The notes beneath the pieces were generated by a model, which saw only the letters and a list, made by a program, of their open reading frames with translations, did not search any database and was not told the DNA's origin. Positions 43,674 through 50,251 of a stretch of DNA of 64,000 nucleotides are shown here, piece by piece; the first letter of the stretch is position 1, and every line of letters begins with the position of its first letter. A program made the position numbers and the translations under genes. The DNA comes from an uncultured Planctomycetia bacterium (GTDB taxonomy: Bacteria > Planctomycetota > Phycisphaerae > FEN-1346 > JAACEH01), in contig CAIYVX010000082.1 in assembly GCA_903929765.1 (NCBI GenBank), positions 16,974 through 80,973 of the forward strand. Reading direction: 5' to 3'.

Positions 43674-44870
43674 TCACGCCCTCAAAAAATATTCCATCAA
43701 CTCATAACCCACCGGAATCCGGAACCCGCTCGCCGCCGCATGTTTCTCCGTGTACGGCCCCGGCCGCGACGGACTCATCCCCGTCCCGATAATTCCCACC
43801 GGCACCGCATCGTGCGTGTGCGTCCGCAAGCTGATCGGCGTCAGGTGATCCGGCAGAACCATCAGCCGCCACTTCTCCAGCGTTTCCATGTAGCCCAGGA
43901 GCGGCGCCAGAATGTGCCGGTCGATCTGCTGAATCGCCTGAATCTTGTGCTGCGCCGAGCCCTCGTGCCCCGCCTCGTCCGTCGCCTCCACGTGCACGCA
44001 AACGATGTCGCAATCCTCCAGGGCCTTGATCGCCGCCTCGCCTTTGCCCTTGTAATTGGTATCCAGATAGCCCGTCGCCCCCTCGACCTCGATCACCCGC
44101 CAGCCGATGCCCTTGGCCAGCCCGCGCACCAAATCCACCGCCGTGATCGCCTCCCCTTGCAGCTTGTGCAGTTCCCGGAACGGCGTCAGCTTCGGCCGCG
44201 TCCCCTGGCCCCACAGCCAGATCTGCGTCGCCGGCCGCTCGCCCAGATCGCGCCGCACTCGATTTATTTCATGCTCCCCCAAGAGCGCCCGGCTCCCTTC
44301 CATCAGCCGCACCAACTCCGCCGCCCCCGGACCGCGCGGCAAATGCGTCGCCACCTCCTGATCCAGAATGTCGTGCGGCGGAGTCGTCTGAAGCTCGTCC
44401 TTCCCGTGTCCGCGATGCACCAGCAAATGCCGGTACCCGACCCCGTTGTGAAATTCCCACCGGTCGGATCCCAACGCGATGGCGAGTTCCTTAATTATCG
44501 CCGCCCCTTCCTCCGTCGAAATCCCGCCCGCCGTGTTATCCAGCATTTTCCCGTCGATCACCGTCACCAGATTACACCGAAACACCACGTCGTCGTCGCC
44601 AAGCTCGATGTCGCGGGCCAACGCCTCCAGCGGCGCCCGGCCCGTGTAATATTTGTGCGGATCGTAGCCCAGGAGGCTCAGGATCGCCACGTCGCTGCAC
44701 GCCGGCAAATCCTTCGGCGTGTTGCACGTCGTCCCGAACAGACCTTCCATCGACACCCGGTCAAAAGCAGGACACTCCGCCATCTCCAGCGGCGTCCGCC
44801 CCTTCAGCGACGCCTGCGGCAGGTCGCCCGCTCCGTCCGGAATGACAATCGCAAATTTCATCCCGCTCAT
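43674..44870 (-). CDS. Cofactor-independent phosphoglycerate mutase-like protein (ApgM family; candidate alternative homoserine kinase)
   Basis: MKFAIVIPDGAGD...DVVFRCNLVTV... is the metalloenzyme (alkaline-phosphatase superfamily) ApgM type. ATG 44870 overlaps the hom stop (ATGA); ATG 44861 is also possible. The gene lies between hom and lysC. Confidence 0.7.
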   Translation of the reverse strand: MSGMKFAIVIPDGAGDLPQASLKGRTPLEMAECPAFDRVSMEGLFGTTCNTPKDLPACSDVAILSLLGYDPHKYYTGRAPLEALARDIELGDDDVVFRCNLVTVIDGKMLDNTAGGISTEEGAAIIKELAIALGSDRWEFHNGVGYRHLLVHRGHGKDELQTTPPHDILDQEVATHLPRGPGAAELVRLMEGSRALLGEHEINRVRRDLGERPATQIWLWGQGTRPKLTPFRELHKLQGEAITAVDLVRGLAKGIGWRVIEVEGATGYLDTNYKGKGEAAIKALEDCDIVCVHVEATDEAGHEGSAQHKIQAIQQIDRHILAPLLGYMETLEKWRLMVLPDHLTPISLRTHTHDAVPVGIIGTGMSPSRPGPYTEKHAAASGFRIPVGYELMEYFLRA

Positions 44871-46174
44871 CGGCTCCGCTCCTCGTCCAGAACTCGTATG
44901 CACACCGGCCGATTATGCACCACGTCCAGCCCGGCAAATTCCTTCAGCGCCACCCGCATGTCCCGTTCCACCGCCAGGTGCGTCATAATCATGAGCGGCA
45001 CGCTCGTCGCCTCCACCGGCTCGTGCTGAAGCACGCTGGCGATGGAAATGTGGTGCGCGCCCAGCACCCCCGTGATCCGCGACAGCACGCCCGGCTGATC
45101 CACCACGTCGAACCGCAGATAATACCGCGACGGCACGTCGTCAATCGACTGCACCGTCCCCTTTCCCGCGATGCTGAAAATGTCCCGCGCCGCAAACGTG
45201 ATCTCCGCCCGGCCCAGGGCCACGTCCACCAGGTCCGCCACCACCGCCGAAGCCGTCGGCCGCTGCCCCGCCCCTGCCCCATAATATAAGGTGTCGCCCG
45301 TCTCGTCGCCGCGCACCATCACCGCGTTGAACGGCCCGTCCACGTGGGCCAGCGGATTGCTGCGCGGCACAAAGGCCGGATGCACCCGCAGGCTCACCCC
45401 GCCGTCCGCCCCGCGCCGCCCGATGGCCAGCAGCTTGATTGTGTAATTCAACTCGGCGGCATAACGCACGTCCGCCGCCTCGATCTTCTGAATCCCTTCG
45501 CAGTGCACGTCCTCGAACCGCGCCGGCACGTCGAACGCCAGCCGCGCCAACACCGTCAGCTTGTGGGCGCTGTCCCCGCCCGACACGTCCAGCGTCGGAT
45601 CCGCCTCCGCATAGCCCTTGGCCTGCGCCTCCGCCAGGGCCTTCTTATAGCTCGTCCCCTGCTTCGTCATGCTCGTCAAAATGTAATTCGACGTCCCGTT
45701 CAGTATCCCCGTCAGCCCGGTGATCCGGTTGGCCACCAGCCCGTCCCGCACCGCCAGAATGAGCGGCAACCCGCCGGCCACCGCCGCCTCAAAACAAATC
45801 GCCTTGCCCAACTCCCGCGCCAACTTCACGAGCGGCTCTCCCCGCTCGGCCAGCAACGCCTTGTTCGCCGTGACCACGTCTTTGCCCGCCCGCAGACAGC
45901 GCTCGACCACGTCGTAAGCCGTCGTCGTCCCGCCGACCAACTCGCACACCACCGTCACTTCCGGGTCGGCCAGCACGCGATCCAGATCGTTGGTCAACAG
46001 TTCCGCCGGAACCTTCACCCCGCGATCCCGCGCCAGCTCTGTGTCGCAAACATATTTCAACTTTAGCCGCACCCCGGCCCGCGCCGCCACGGTCTCGCCG
46101 GACTCCAACAGAATCCGCGCCACCCCGCTGCCCACGGTCCCGAACCCGACTATCGCCACAGTTACCGTCTTCAT
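44867..46174 (-). CDS. hom: Homoserine dehydrogenase
   Basis: ORF 44867..46198. ATG 46174 gives MKTVTVAIVGFGTVGSG (NAD motif). C-terminal ACT domain. Confidence 0.9.
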   Translation of the reverse strand: MKTVTVAIVGFGTVGSGVARILLESGETVAARAGVRLKLKYVCDTELARDRGVKVPAELLTNDLDRVLADPEVTVVCELVGGTTTAYDVVERCLRAGKDVVTANKALLAERGEPLVKLARELGKAICFEAAVAGGLPLILAVRDGLVANRITGLTGILNGTSNYILTSMTKQGTSYKKALAEAQAKGYAEADPTLDVSGGDSAHKLTVLARLAFDVPARFEDVHCEGIQKIEAADVRYAAELNYTIKLLAIGRRGADGGVSLRVHPAFVPRSNPLAHVDGPFNAVMVRGDETGDTLYYGAGAGQRPTASAVVADLVDVALGRAEITFAARDIFSIAGKGTVQSIDDVPSRYYLRFDVVDQPGVLSRITGVLGAHHISIASVLQHEPVEATSVPLMIMTHLAVERDMRVALKEFAGLDVVHNRPVCIRVLDEERSR

Positions 46175-46233
46175 GGTTTCCCCGGACGCGACTCGCACGT
46201 CGTCTCTTTACCCCTCTCCCCATAAGGGAGGAC

Positions 46234-46271
46234 GGGTGGCATGGCGGCGTCGTTTGCCGCCATGTTTCGCC
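46234..46271 (+). repeat. Family D hairpin repeat
   Basis: GGGTGGCATGGCGGCgtcgtttGCCGCCATGTTTCGCC, near-identical to 58075-58113. Confidence 0.85.
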
Positions 46272-46300
46272 AGTGCCCGTTCTTCGGGTGCCGCCGTTTC

Positions 46301-46349
46301 TTCACCCCTCTCCCTCGGGAGAGGGTGGCCCGAAGGGCCGGGTGAGGGG
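46301..46349 (+). repeat. Family C repeat
   Basis: TTCACCCCTCTCCCtcGGGAGAGGGTGGCCCgaaGGGCCGGGTGAGGGG. The same element lies inside valS at 56210-56269. Confidence 0.85.
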
Positions 46350-46488
46350 TTAGCTCACCACCTCAAAAACTTCACCAGAACGCCATCATACGCGAGGACA
46401 TGCCCTGCCCGCGCCCTAAGCCCGACCAAAGTATTCCGAATCGCCCCATTTTTCAAGTAAAAACGCTGTGCGTACAGCCTTTGTTGTT

Positions 46489-46514
46489 CGTAGGGACAGG
46501 GCTCTGCCCTGTCC
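46489..46514 (+). repeat. Family F (GTAG-headed) REP
   Basis: CGTAGGGACAGGGCtcTGCCCTGTCC, identical to 63476-63500. Confidence 0.85.
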
Positions 46515-46544
46515 AGCCGTTTCTTTTGCCGTTGCCGCTTCACC

Positions 46545-46595
46545 GTGGCACGGGCTTCCCGCCCGTGAGTCGCAGGGGCATCTTGCCCCTGTGCC
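46545..46595 (+). repeat. REP-B double-hairpin repeat
   Basis: GTGGCACGGGCttcccGCCCGTGAGTCgCAGGGGCatcttGCCCCTGTGCC. About 75 nt including flanks is nearly identical to 61598-61675. Confidence 0.9.
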
Positions 46596-46615
46596 GTTGT
46601 TCTTGCCGTTGCCGC

Positions 46616-46648
46616 GTGTAGGGGCAACCCGTGGGTCGCCCGTTGCTG
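46616..46648 (+). repeat. Family F (GTAG-headed) REP, variant
   Basis: GTGTAGGGGCAACCCgtgGGTCGCCCGTTGCTG: a GTAGGGGC head followed by an imperfect hairpin. Confidence 0.6.
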
Positions 46649-46672
46649 TTGTTTGTTGCTTCTCTCTAGGCC

Positions 46673-46740
46673 CCCGCGCCATCGCCCTCCACTCCGCTCT
46701 CCCCCAGCCGCGAAGCGGCGAAAGTTTTTAGCCGGGCGGC
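46673..46740 (+). repeat. Family I 68-nt direct repeat (copy 1)
   Basis: CCCGCGCCATCGCCCTCCACTCCGCTCTCCCCCAGCCGCgaaGCGGCGAAAGTTTTTAGCCGGGCGGC has 5 mismatches over 68 nt against 46907-46974. Confidence 0.85.
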
Positions 46741-46906
46741 GTCAGCCCCCGGTCCCCGCCGCAAACACATTCTTCTTCTTTTTCTTCTTATTTCTCTTCT
46801 CAGCCGCAGCGCGGCGTCTGATAATAACCACGCGGCGCAAGCCCGTGGTTCCCAACGCGCCGACCCGGCTTTTTTCTTCTTCTTTTTCTTTTCCCAGCCC
46901 CCTCCC

Positions 46907-46974
46907 CCCGCGCCATCCCCCTCCCCTCCGCTCACCCCCAGCCGCGAAGCGGCGAAAGTTATTAGCCGGGTGGC
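46907..46974 (+). repeat. Family I 68-nt direct repeat (copy 2)
   Basis: CCCGCGCCATCCCCCTCCCCTCCGCTCACCCCCAGCCGCgaaGCGGCGAAAGTTATTAGCCGGGTGGC, 234 nt downstream of copy 1. Confidence 0.85.
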
Positions 46975-47167
46975 ATAAGCCAGCCACACCCTGTCCGCGC
47001 AGACATTCACCATCCGCTTTGGCTTGGTTATTAACACATGACAATGTTCATTTTGAGGAGGGCAGGTCGAAGTAAAGGCGGAGCCAGGGTTCAAGGTCTT
47101 CGAGCGCCACGGCCTTGCCTGTAGAGATGAGGAAGGACTTCATGTTCTCGGTGAATCCGTCGCCGTC

Positions 47168-47920
47168 TTAGGAAGCGAGATTCATCTCAATGCCGAATAA
47201 GTTTTTGCCCCGCTCAAACCCGACAGCAAAATCATGCAACTCCCCGACTTCTTCGTATCGGTGAAATCGAAATCGTTCTCGGTACTGTCTGAATGGCGAT
47301 TGACTCATGTAACGCTCGAAAAGATGCTCTTCCTCATCACCCTGCCCAATGATATAGAGACCTGTTTGGAATCGTTTGGGGATTTTTAGCAACCGCAGGA
47401 GCCCGCTTTTCACTTTGGTGCTATGCTCGACTTCGAATGCGTAACGAGGGTAAAGGCCCTCATCGTCCTCGGACAGCCACATTACATCAACGTCTCGCAT
47501 CCTTGAAAGTGGCAAGCCGCTTATGCTGGCCGAGTCATTACGAACTGTGGCAAAAGAATGAATTGGGATTGCACCCATCGAGCGAATGGTCCGGTCAGTC
47601 GCATTGGTGTAGGTTTCATAGCCACATAATCGTCCGATATGAAGAAGCAACCCTTGCTGTTCCCCGTGTGGATCATTTGCGGCTCCATCGACCACAGGAG
47701 GAAGCTGGCCAAACTCAACGAGGCGATATGCCGCCCTTCCCGACGACGAACGAAATGGCTCAAATATCCGGTATTGCCGCACGACGCGACGAACAGTTGC
47801 CTCCCATGTGGCGGTCCGCGGTCGTTGCGGGCTATTCGCCAAGCACTCCGTAAGAGTTTCAAGCGTCGCCTCACCCCCGAGCTGGCGCAAAGCGTCGGCG
47901 ACAATATCTTTCCAAGTCAT
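47168..47920 (-). CDS. Hypothetical protein: N-terminal winged-helix-like domain plus C-terminal PD-(D/E)xK-like nuclease core (putative)
   Basis: 250 aa. The N-terminus MTWKDIVADALRQLGGEATLETLTECL...TVRRVVRQYRIFEPFRSSSGRAAYRLVE resembles Mrr-N/HARE-type wHTH. The C-terminus has DVDVMWLSEDDEGLYPRYAFEVEHSTKVKSGLLRLLKI (D...E-x-E...K spacing of restriction-endonuclease folds). Lies in the low-GC island. Function is inferred from motifs only. Confidence 0.45.
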   Translation of the reverse strand: MTWKDIVADALRQLGGEATLETLTECLANSPQRPRTATWEATVRRVVRQYRIFEPFRSSSGRAAYRLVEFGQLPPVVDGAANDPHGEQQGLLLHIGRLCGYETYTNATDRTIRSMGAIPIHSFATVRNDSASISGLPLSRMRDVDVMWLSEDDEGLYPRYAFEVEHSTKVKSGLLRLLKIPKRFQTGLYIIGQGDEEEHLFERYMSQSPFRQYRERFRFHRYEEVGELHDFAVGFERGKNLFGIEMNLAS

Positions 47921-47922
47921 AT

Positions 47923-48180
47923 TTATGCCCTGCTAGTTTTGGCGCCCGGTTTCAATTTGGTCACAAACCTTTTACCGGCACGGCCTCTTGAAACTGGCTT
48001 TGCGGAAACAACATTGGTCACCAACGTTGGCCCGACAACGGACATACGGGGGCCTTTGCAACAAAAATCAATTATCGACTCTGGTGGGAGGCACTCTACC
48101 CAATCACGAGCATCAGCCTCATCGTCGCACTCAACAACCATCTTAAAAGGAACAGAAAGGTTCACAAGGAATTCCGGCAT
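47923..48180 (-). CDS. Small hypothetical protein (85 aa), first gene of the low-GC island operon
   Basis: ORF 47923..48357. ATG 48180 has AGGAGG 5 nt upstream. MPEFLVNLSVPFKMVVECDDEADARDWVECLPP... has an acidic, 4-Cys N-terminal part and a basic tail. Its stop is 2 nt before the next ATG. Confidence 0.5.
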   Translation of the reverse strand: MPEFLVNLSVPFKMVVECDDEADARDWVECLPPESIIDFCCKGPRMSVVGPTLVTNVVSAKPVSRGRAGKRFVTKLKPGAKTSRA

Positions 48181-48204
48181 TGTATCCTCCTGGAGGGACG
48201 AACT

Positions 48205-48234
48205 ATTATGCACCTCAAAGCTTGCTTGATGCAA
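48205..48234 (-). promoter_or_regulatory. Candidate promoter of the island operon
   Basis: Minus strand reads TTGCAT(48234-48229)-18 nt-CATAAT(48210-48205), with TG immediately upstream. It would give an ~20-nt leader carrying the AGGAGG. Confidence 0.35.
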
Positions 48235-48395
48235 TAGGCAAATGCCAAACCCGCAAGATTTTTCTCCACCCTCAGACAAATGGGCTGGGAAAGAGGTGAT
48301 AATTGAGTGGCCTGAGCCACAACTCTTTCCACCACACCATTGTTTTTTCTCCTTCATTCGGCGACAATATCCCCATTCTCTCGCGGAGGTCTCTT

Positions 48396-48764
48396 ATGTC
48401 CTACGAACTTCTTGTCACCATGGATTTCGGCGCCGCCCATTCCCTGCGGCAATATAAGGGCAAGTGCGAGCGGCTGCACGGCCACAACTGGCACATCGAC
48501 GTTTGCCTCGCCGCCGACGTCCTCAACCCCGACGGCATGGTCATGGACTTCGTCGAGGCCAAGGCCCTCATCCGCGAAATCCTCTCAAGTTACGATCACT
48601 ATCATCTGAACGAGGTGCCGCCCTTCGACCAGATCAACCCCACCAGCGAGAACCTGGCCCGTGTTCTGTCCGAGCGGCTCCAGCCCGGCCTGCCGCCGGG
48701 CGTCCGCGTCGTCCGCGTCACCGCCTGGGAAAGCGATAATTGCGGCGCGACGTTTATTGTGTAA
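48396..48764 (+). CDS. queD: 6-carboxy-5,6,7,8-tetrahydropterin synthase / 6-pyruvoyl-tetrahydropterin synthase family
   Basis: ORF 48303..48764. ATG 48396 (GGAGG upstream) gives MSYELLVTMDFGAAHSLRQYKGKCERLHGHNWHI, carrying the C-x3-HGH QueD/PTPS signature. Confidence 0.8.
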   Translation: MSYELLVTMDFGAAHSLRQYKGKCERLHGHNWHIDVCLAADVLNPDGMVMDFVEAKALIREILSSYDHYHLNEVPPFDQINPTSENLARVLSERLQPGLPPGVRVVRVTAWESDNCGATFIV

Positions 48765-48781
48765 GATGAACGACAAAAGAA

Positions 48782-48826
48782 GCAACACCCTCACCCTACC
48801 CTCTCCCCTCAAGGGAGAGGGGTGAA
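48782..48826 (-). repeat. Family C repeat, variant (inverted copy)
   Basis: GCAACACCCTCACCCTACCCTCTCCCCTCAAGGGAGAGGGGTGAA is the exact reverse complement of 42274-42318. Confidence 0.9.
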
Positions 48827-50150
48827 GAAGAAAAAGAAGAGGCAGGCCGTGACCGAACGAAAAATCCGCATCCAACTCGCCCTCGATTTCGCCGACCTGA
48901 GCCGCGCCCTGGCCGTGGCCCGCGCCGCCGTGCCCGAGGGCATCGACATCGTCGAAGCCGGCACGCCGCTCATCAAGAGCGAGGGTCTTAACGCCGTCCG
49001 CGAGTTGCGCCGCCTCTTTCCCGACCGGCCGATCCTGGCCGACCTCAAGACCGCCGACGCGGGCCGCATCGAAATGGAATGCGCCGCCAAGGCCGGGGCC
49101 ACGATGGCCATCTGCCTCGGCGCCGTCAGCGAATCGACCGTCCAGGAATCCATCGAAGCCGGCCGCAATTACGGCATCGAGGTCGGCGTCGACATGCTCG
49201 GCGTCGCCGATTACGTCGCCCTGGCCAAAAAATGCGAAGCCTGGGGCGCCGCCTTCCTCAACGTCCACCTCCCCATCGACGACCAGATGCGCGGCCTCCA
49301 ATCATTCGACCGCCTCCGCCAGATCGCCGAAGCCGTCTCGATTCCCGTCGCCGCCGCCGGGGGACTTAATTCCGAAAACGTCGTCGACGCCATCGCCGCC
49401 GGCGCTGCCATCGTCATCATCGGCGGCGCGATCACCAAGGCCGCCGACGTGGCCCAGGCCACGAGGGACATTCGCCGCGCGGTGGACACGCGGGCCAAAG
49501 TCGCCACCGAACTTTTCCGCCGCGCCGGCGAGACCGACATCCGCGAAGTCCTCGGCCGCGTCTCGGCCGCCAATTTAAGCGACGGGGCACACCGCCTGCC
49601 CTCGCTCGACGGACTCCGCCCGCTCTGGCCGGGCATCCGCTTTTGCGGCCCGGCCCTGACCGTCCGCACCGTCCCCGGCGATTGGTCGAAGCCCGTCCTG
49701 GCCATCGACCAGGCTGAGCCTGGCGACGTTCTCGTCATCGACGCCGGCGGCCGCCCGCCCGCCGTCTGGGGCGAACTGGCCACACAGAGCGCCATCGTCA
49801 ACAAGCTCTCCGGCGCCGTCATCGACGGGGCCGTCCGCGACACCATGGACATCCGCCGCCTCGAATTCCCGATCTTCTCCCGCTGCGTCTCGGCCAACGC
49901 CGGCGAACCCAAGGGCCTCGGCGAAATCGGCCAGCCGATTTTCCTTTCCGGCCAGCGAATCATGACCGGCGACTGGATTCTCGCCGACGACGACGGCGTC
50001 GTGGTTCTGCCCAAGGCCCGGGCGGTGGAAATGGCCAACCGCGCCCAGGACGTTCTGGAAAAAGAAAACCGCCTTCGCGACGAAATCACCAGCGGCCGCA
50101 GCTCGCTCGGCAAAGTCGCCGAACTTTTGCGCTGGGAGAAAAAATCTTAA
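48822..50150 (+). CDS. Fusion protein: 3-hexulose-6-phosphate synthase-like (OMPdecase/HUMPS fold) plus RraA-like domain
   Basis: The N-terminal half has IQLALDF...IVEAGTPLIK...LADLKTADAG (HPS/KGPDC pattern). The C-terminal half has ...PGDVLVIDAGG...AVWGELATQSA...GAVIDGAVRD (RraA/aldolase pattern). The start may be GTG 48849 instead of GTG 48822. Confidence 0.75.
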   Translation: MKKKKKRQAVTERKIRIQLALDFADLSRALAVARAAVPEGIDIVEAGTPLIKSEGLNAVRELRRLFPDRPILADLKTADAGRIEMECAAKAGATMAICLGAVSESTVQESIEAGRNYGIEVGVDMLGVADYVALAKKCEAWGAAFLNVHLPIDDQMRGLQSFDRLRQIAEAVSIPVAAAGGLNSENVVDAIAAGAAIVIIGGAITKAADVAQATRDIRRAVDTRAKVATELFRRAGETDIREVLGRVSAANLSDGAHRLPSLDGLRPLWPGIRFCGPALTVRTVPGDWSKPVLAIDQAEPGDVLVIDAGGRPPAVWGELATQSAIVNKLSGAVIDGAVRDTMDIRRLEFPIFSRCVSANAGEPKGLGEIGQPIFLSGQRIMTGDWILADDDGVVVLPKARAVEMANRAQDVLEKENRLRDEITSGRSSLGKVAELLRWEKKS

Positions 50151-50251
50151 CCCCGCATTTCCCCGTTGTCCCTTACAATCTTTTGTTCGCGCCCGACAAG
50201 TTTGCTCGGTAGAATACGTCCGATTCCGATGTTGAAAAACAGGAGAGAAAT

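Noticed and set aside
46199-47000. Repeat-dense tracts (here, and at 53405-53647, 61560-61800 and 63461-63740) could be CRISPR arrays.
   Set aside because: Adjacent repeats belong to different sequence families, spacing is irregular, each unit is itself a hairpin with copies dispersed singly elsewhere, and there are no cas genes. They are REP/MITE-like clusters.
46653-47094. ORFs 46653..47075 (+), 46666..47094 (-), 46742..47044 (-) and 46355..46627 (-) in the repeat tract.
   Set aside because: Their translations are Pro/Arg/Gly/Lys low complexity, produced by reading through repeats and pyrimidine runs. They show duplicated peptide segments that mirror the family I DNA repeat, and they have no start context.
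47048-47167. A 39-codon in-frame continuation after the TAA stop of the nuclease-like gene, which could mean stop-codon read-through or a longer protein.
   Set aside because: TAA is a strong stop and no recoding signal is visible. It is more likely a leftover fragment of an older gene. It is kept only as context in the island and repeat-tract findings.
48181-48395. A possible preQ1 riboswitch or other leader upstream of queD.
   Set aside because: I could not find the compact preQ1-I/II hairpin plus A-rich tail pattern. The region is more simply the divergent promoter region shared with the island operon.
48585-49301. Minus-strand ORF 48585..49301 (238 aa). Comparable ORFs occur at 49211..50113, 49575..50342, 50288..51298, 54079..54834, 56725..57741 and 62783..63451.
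   Set aside because: All are antisense to well-supported plus-strand genes (the HPS-RraA fusion, the PD40 lipoprotein, valS, mtnA). They are Gly/Ala/Asp/Arg-rich with no motifs.
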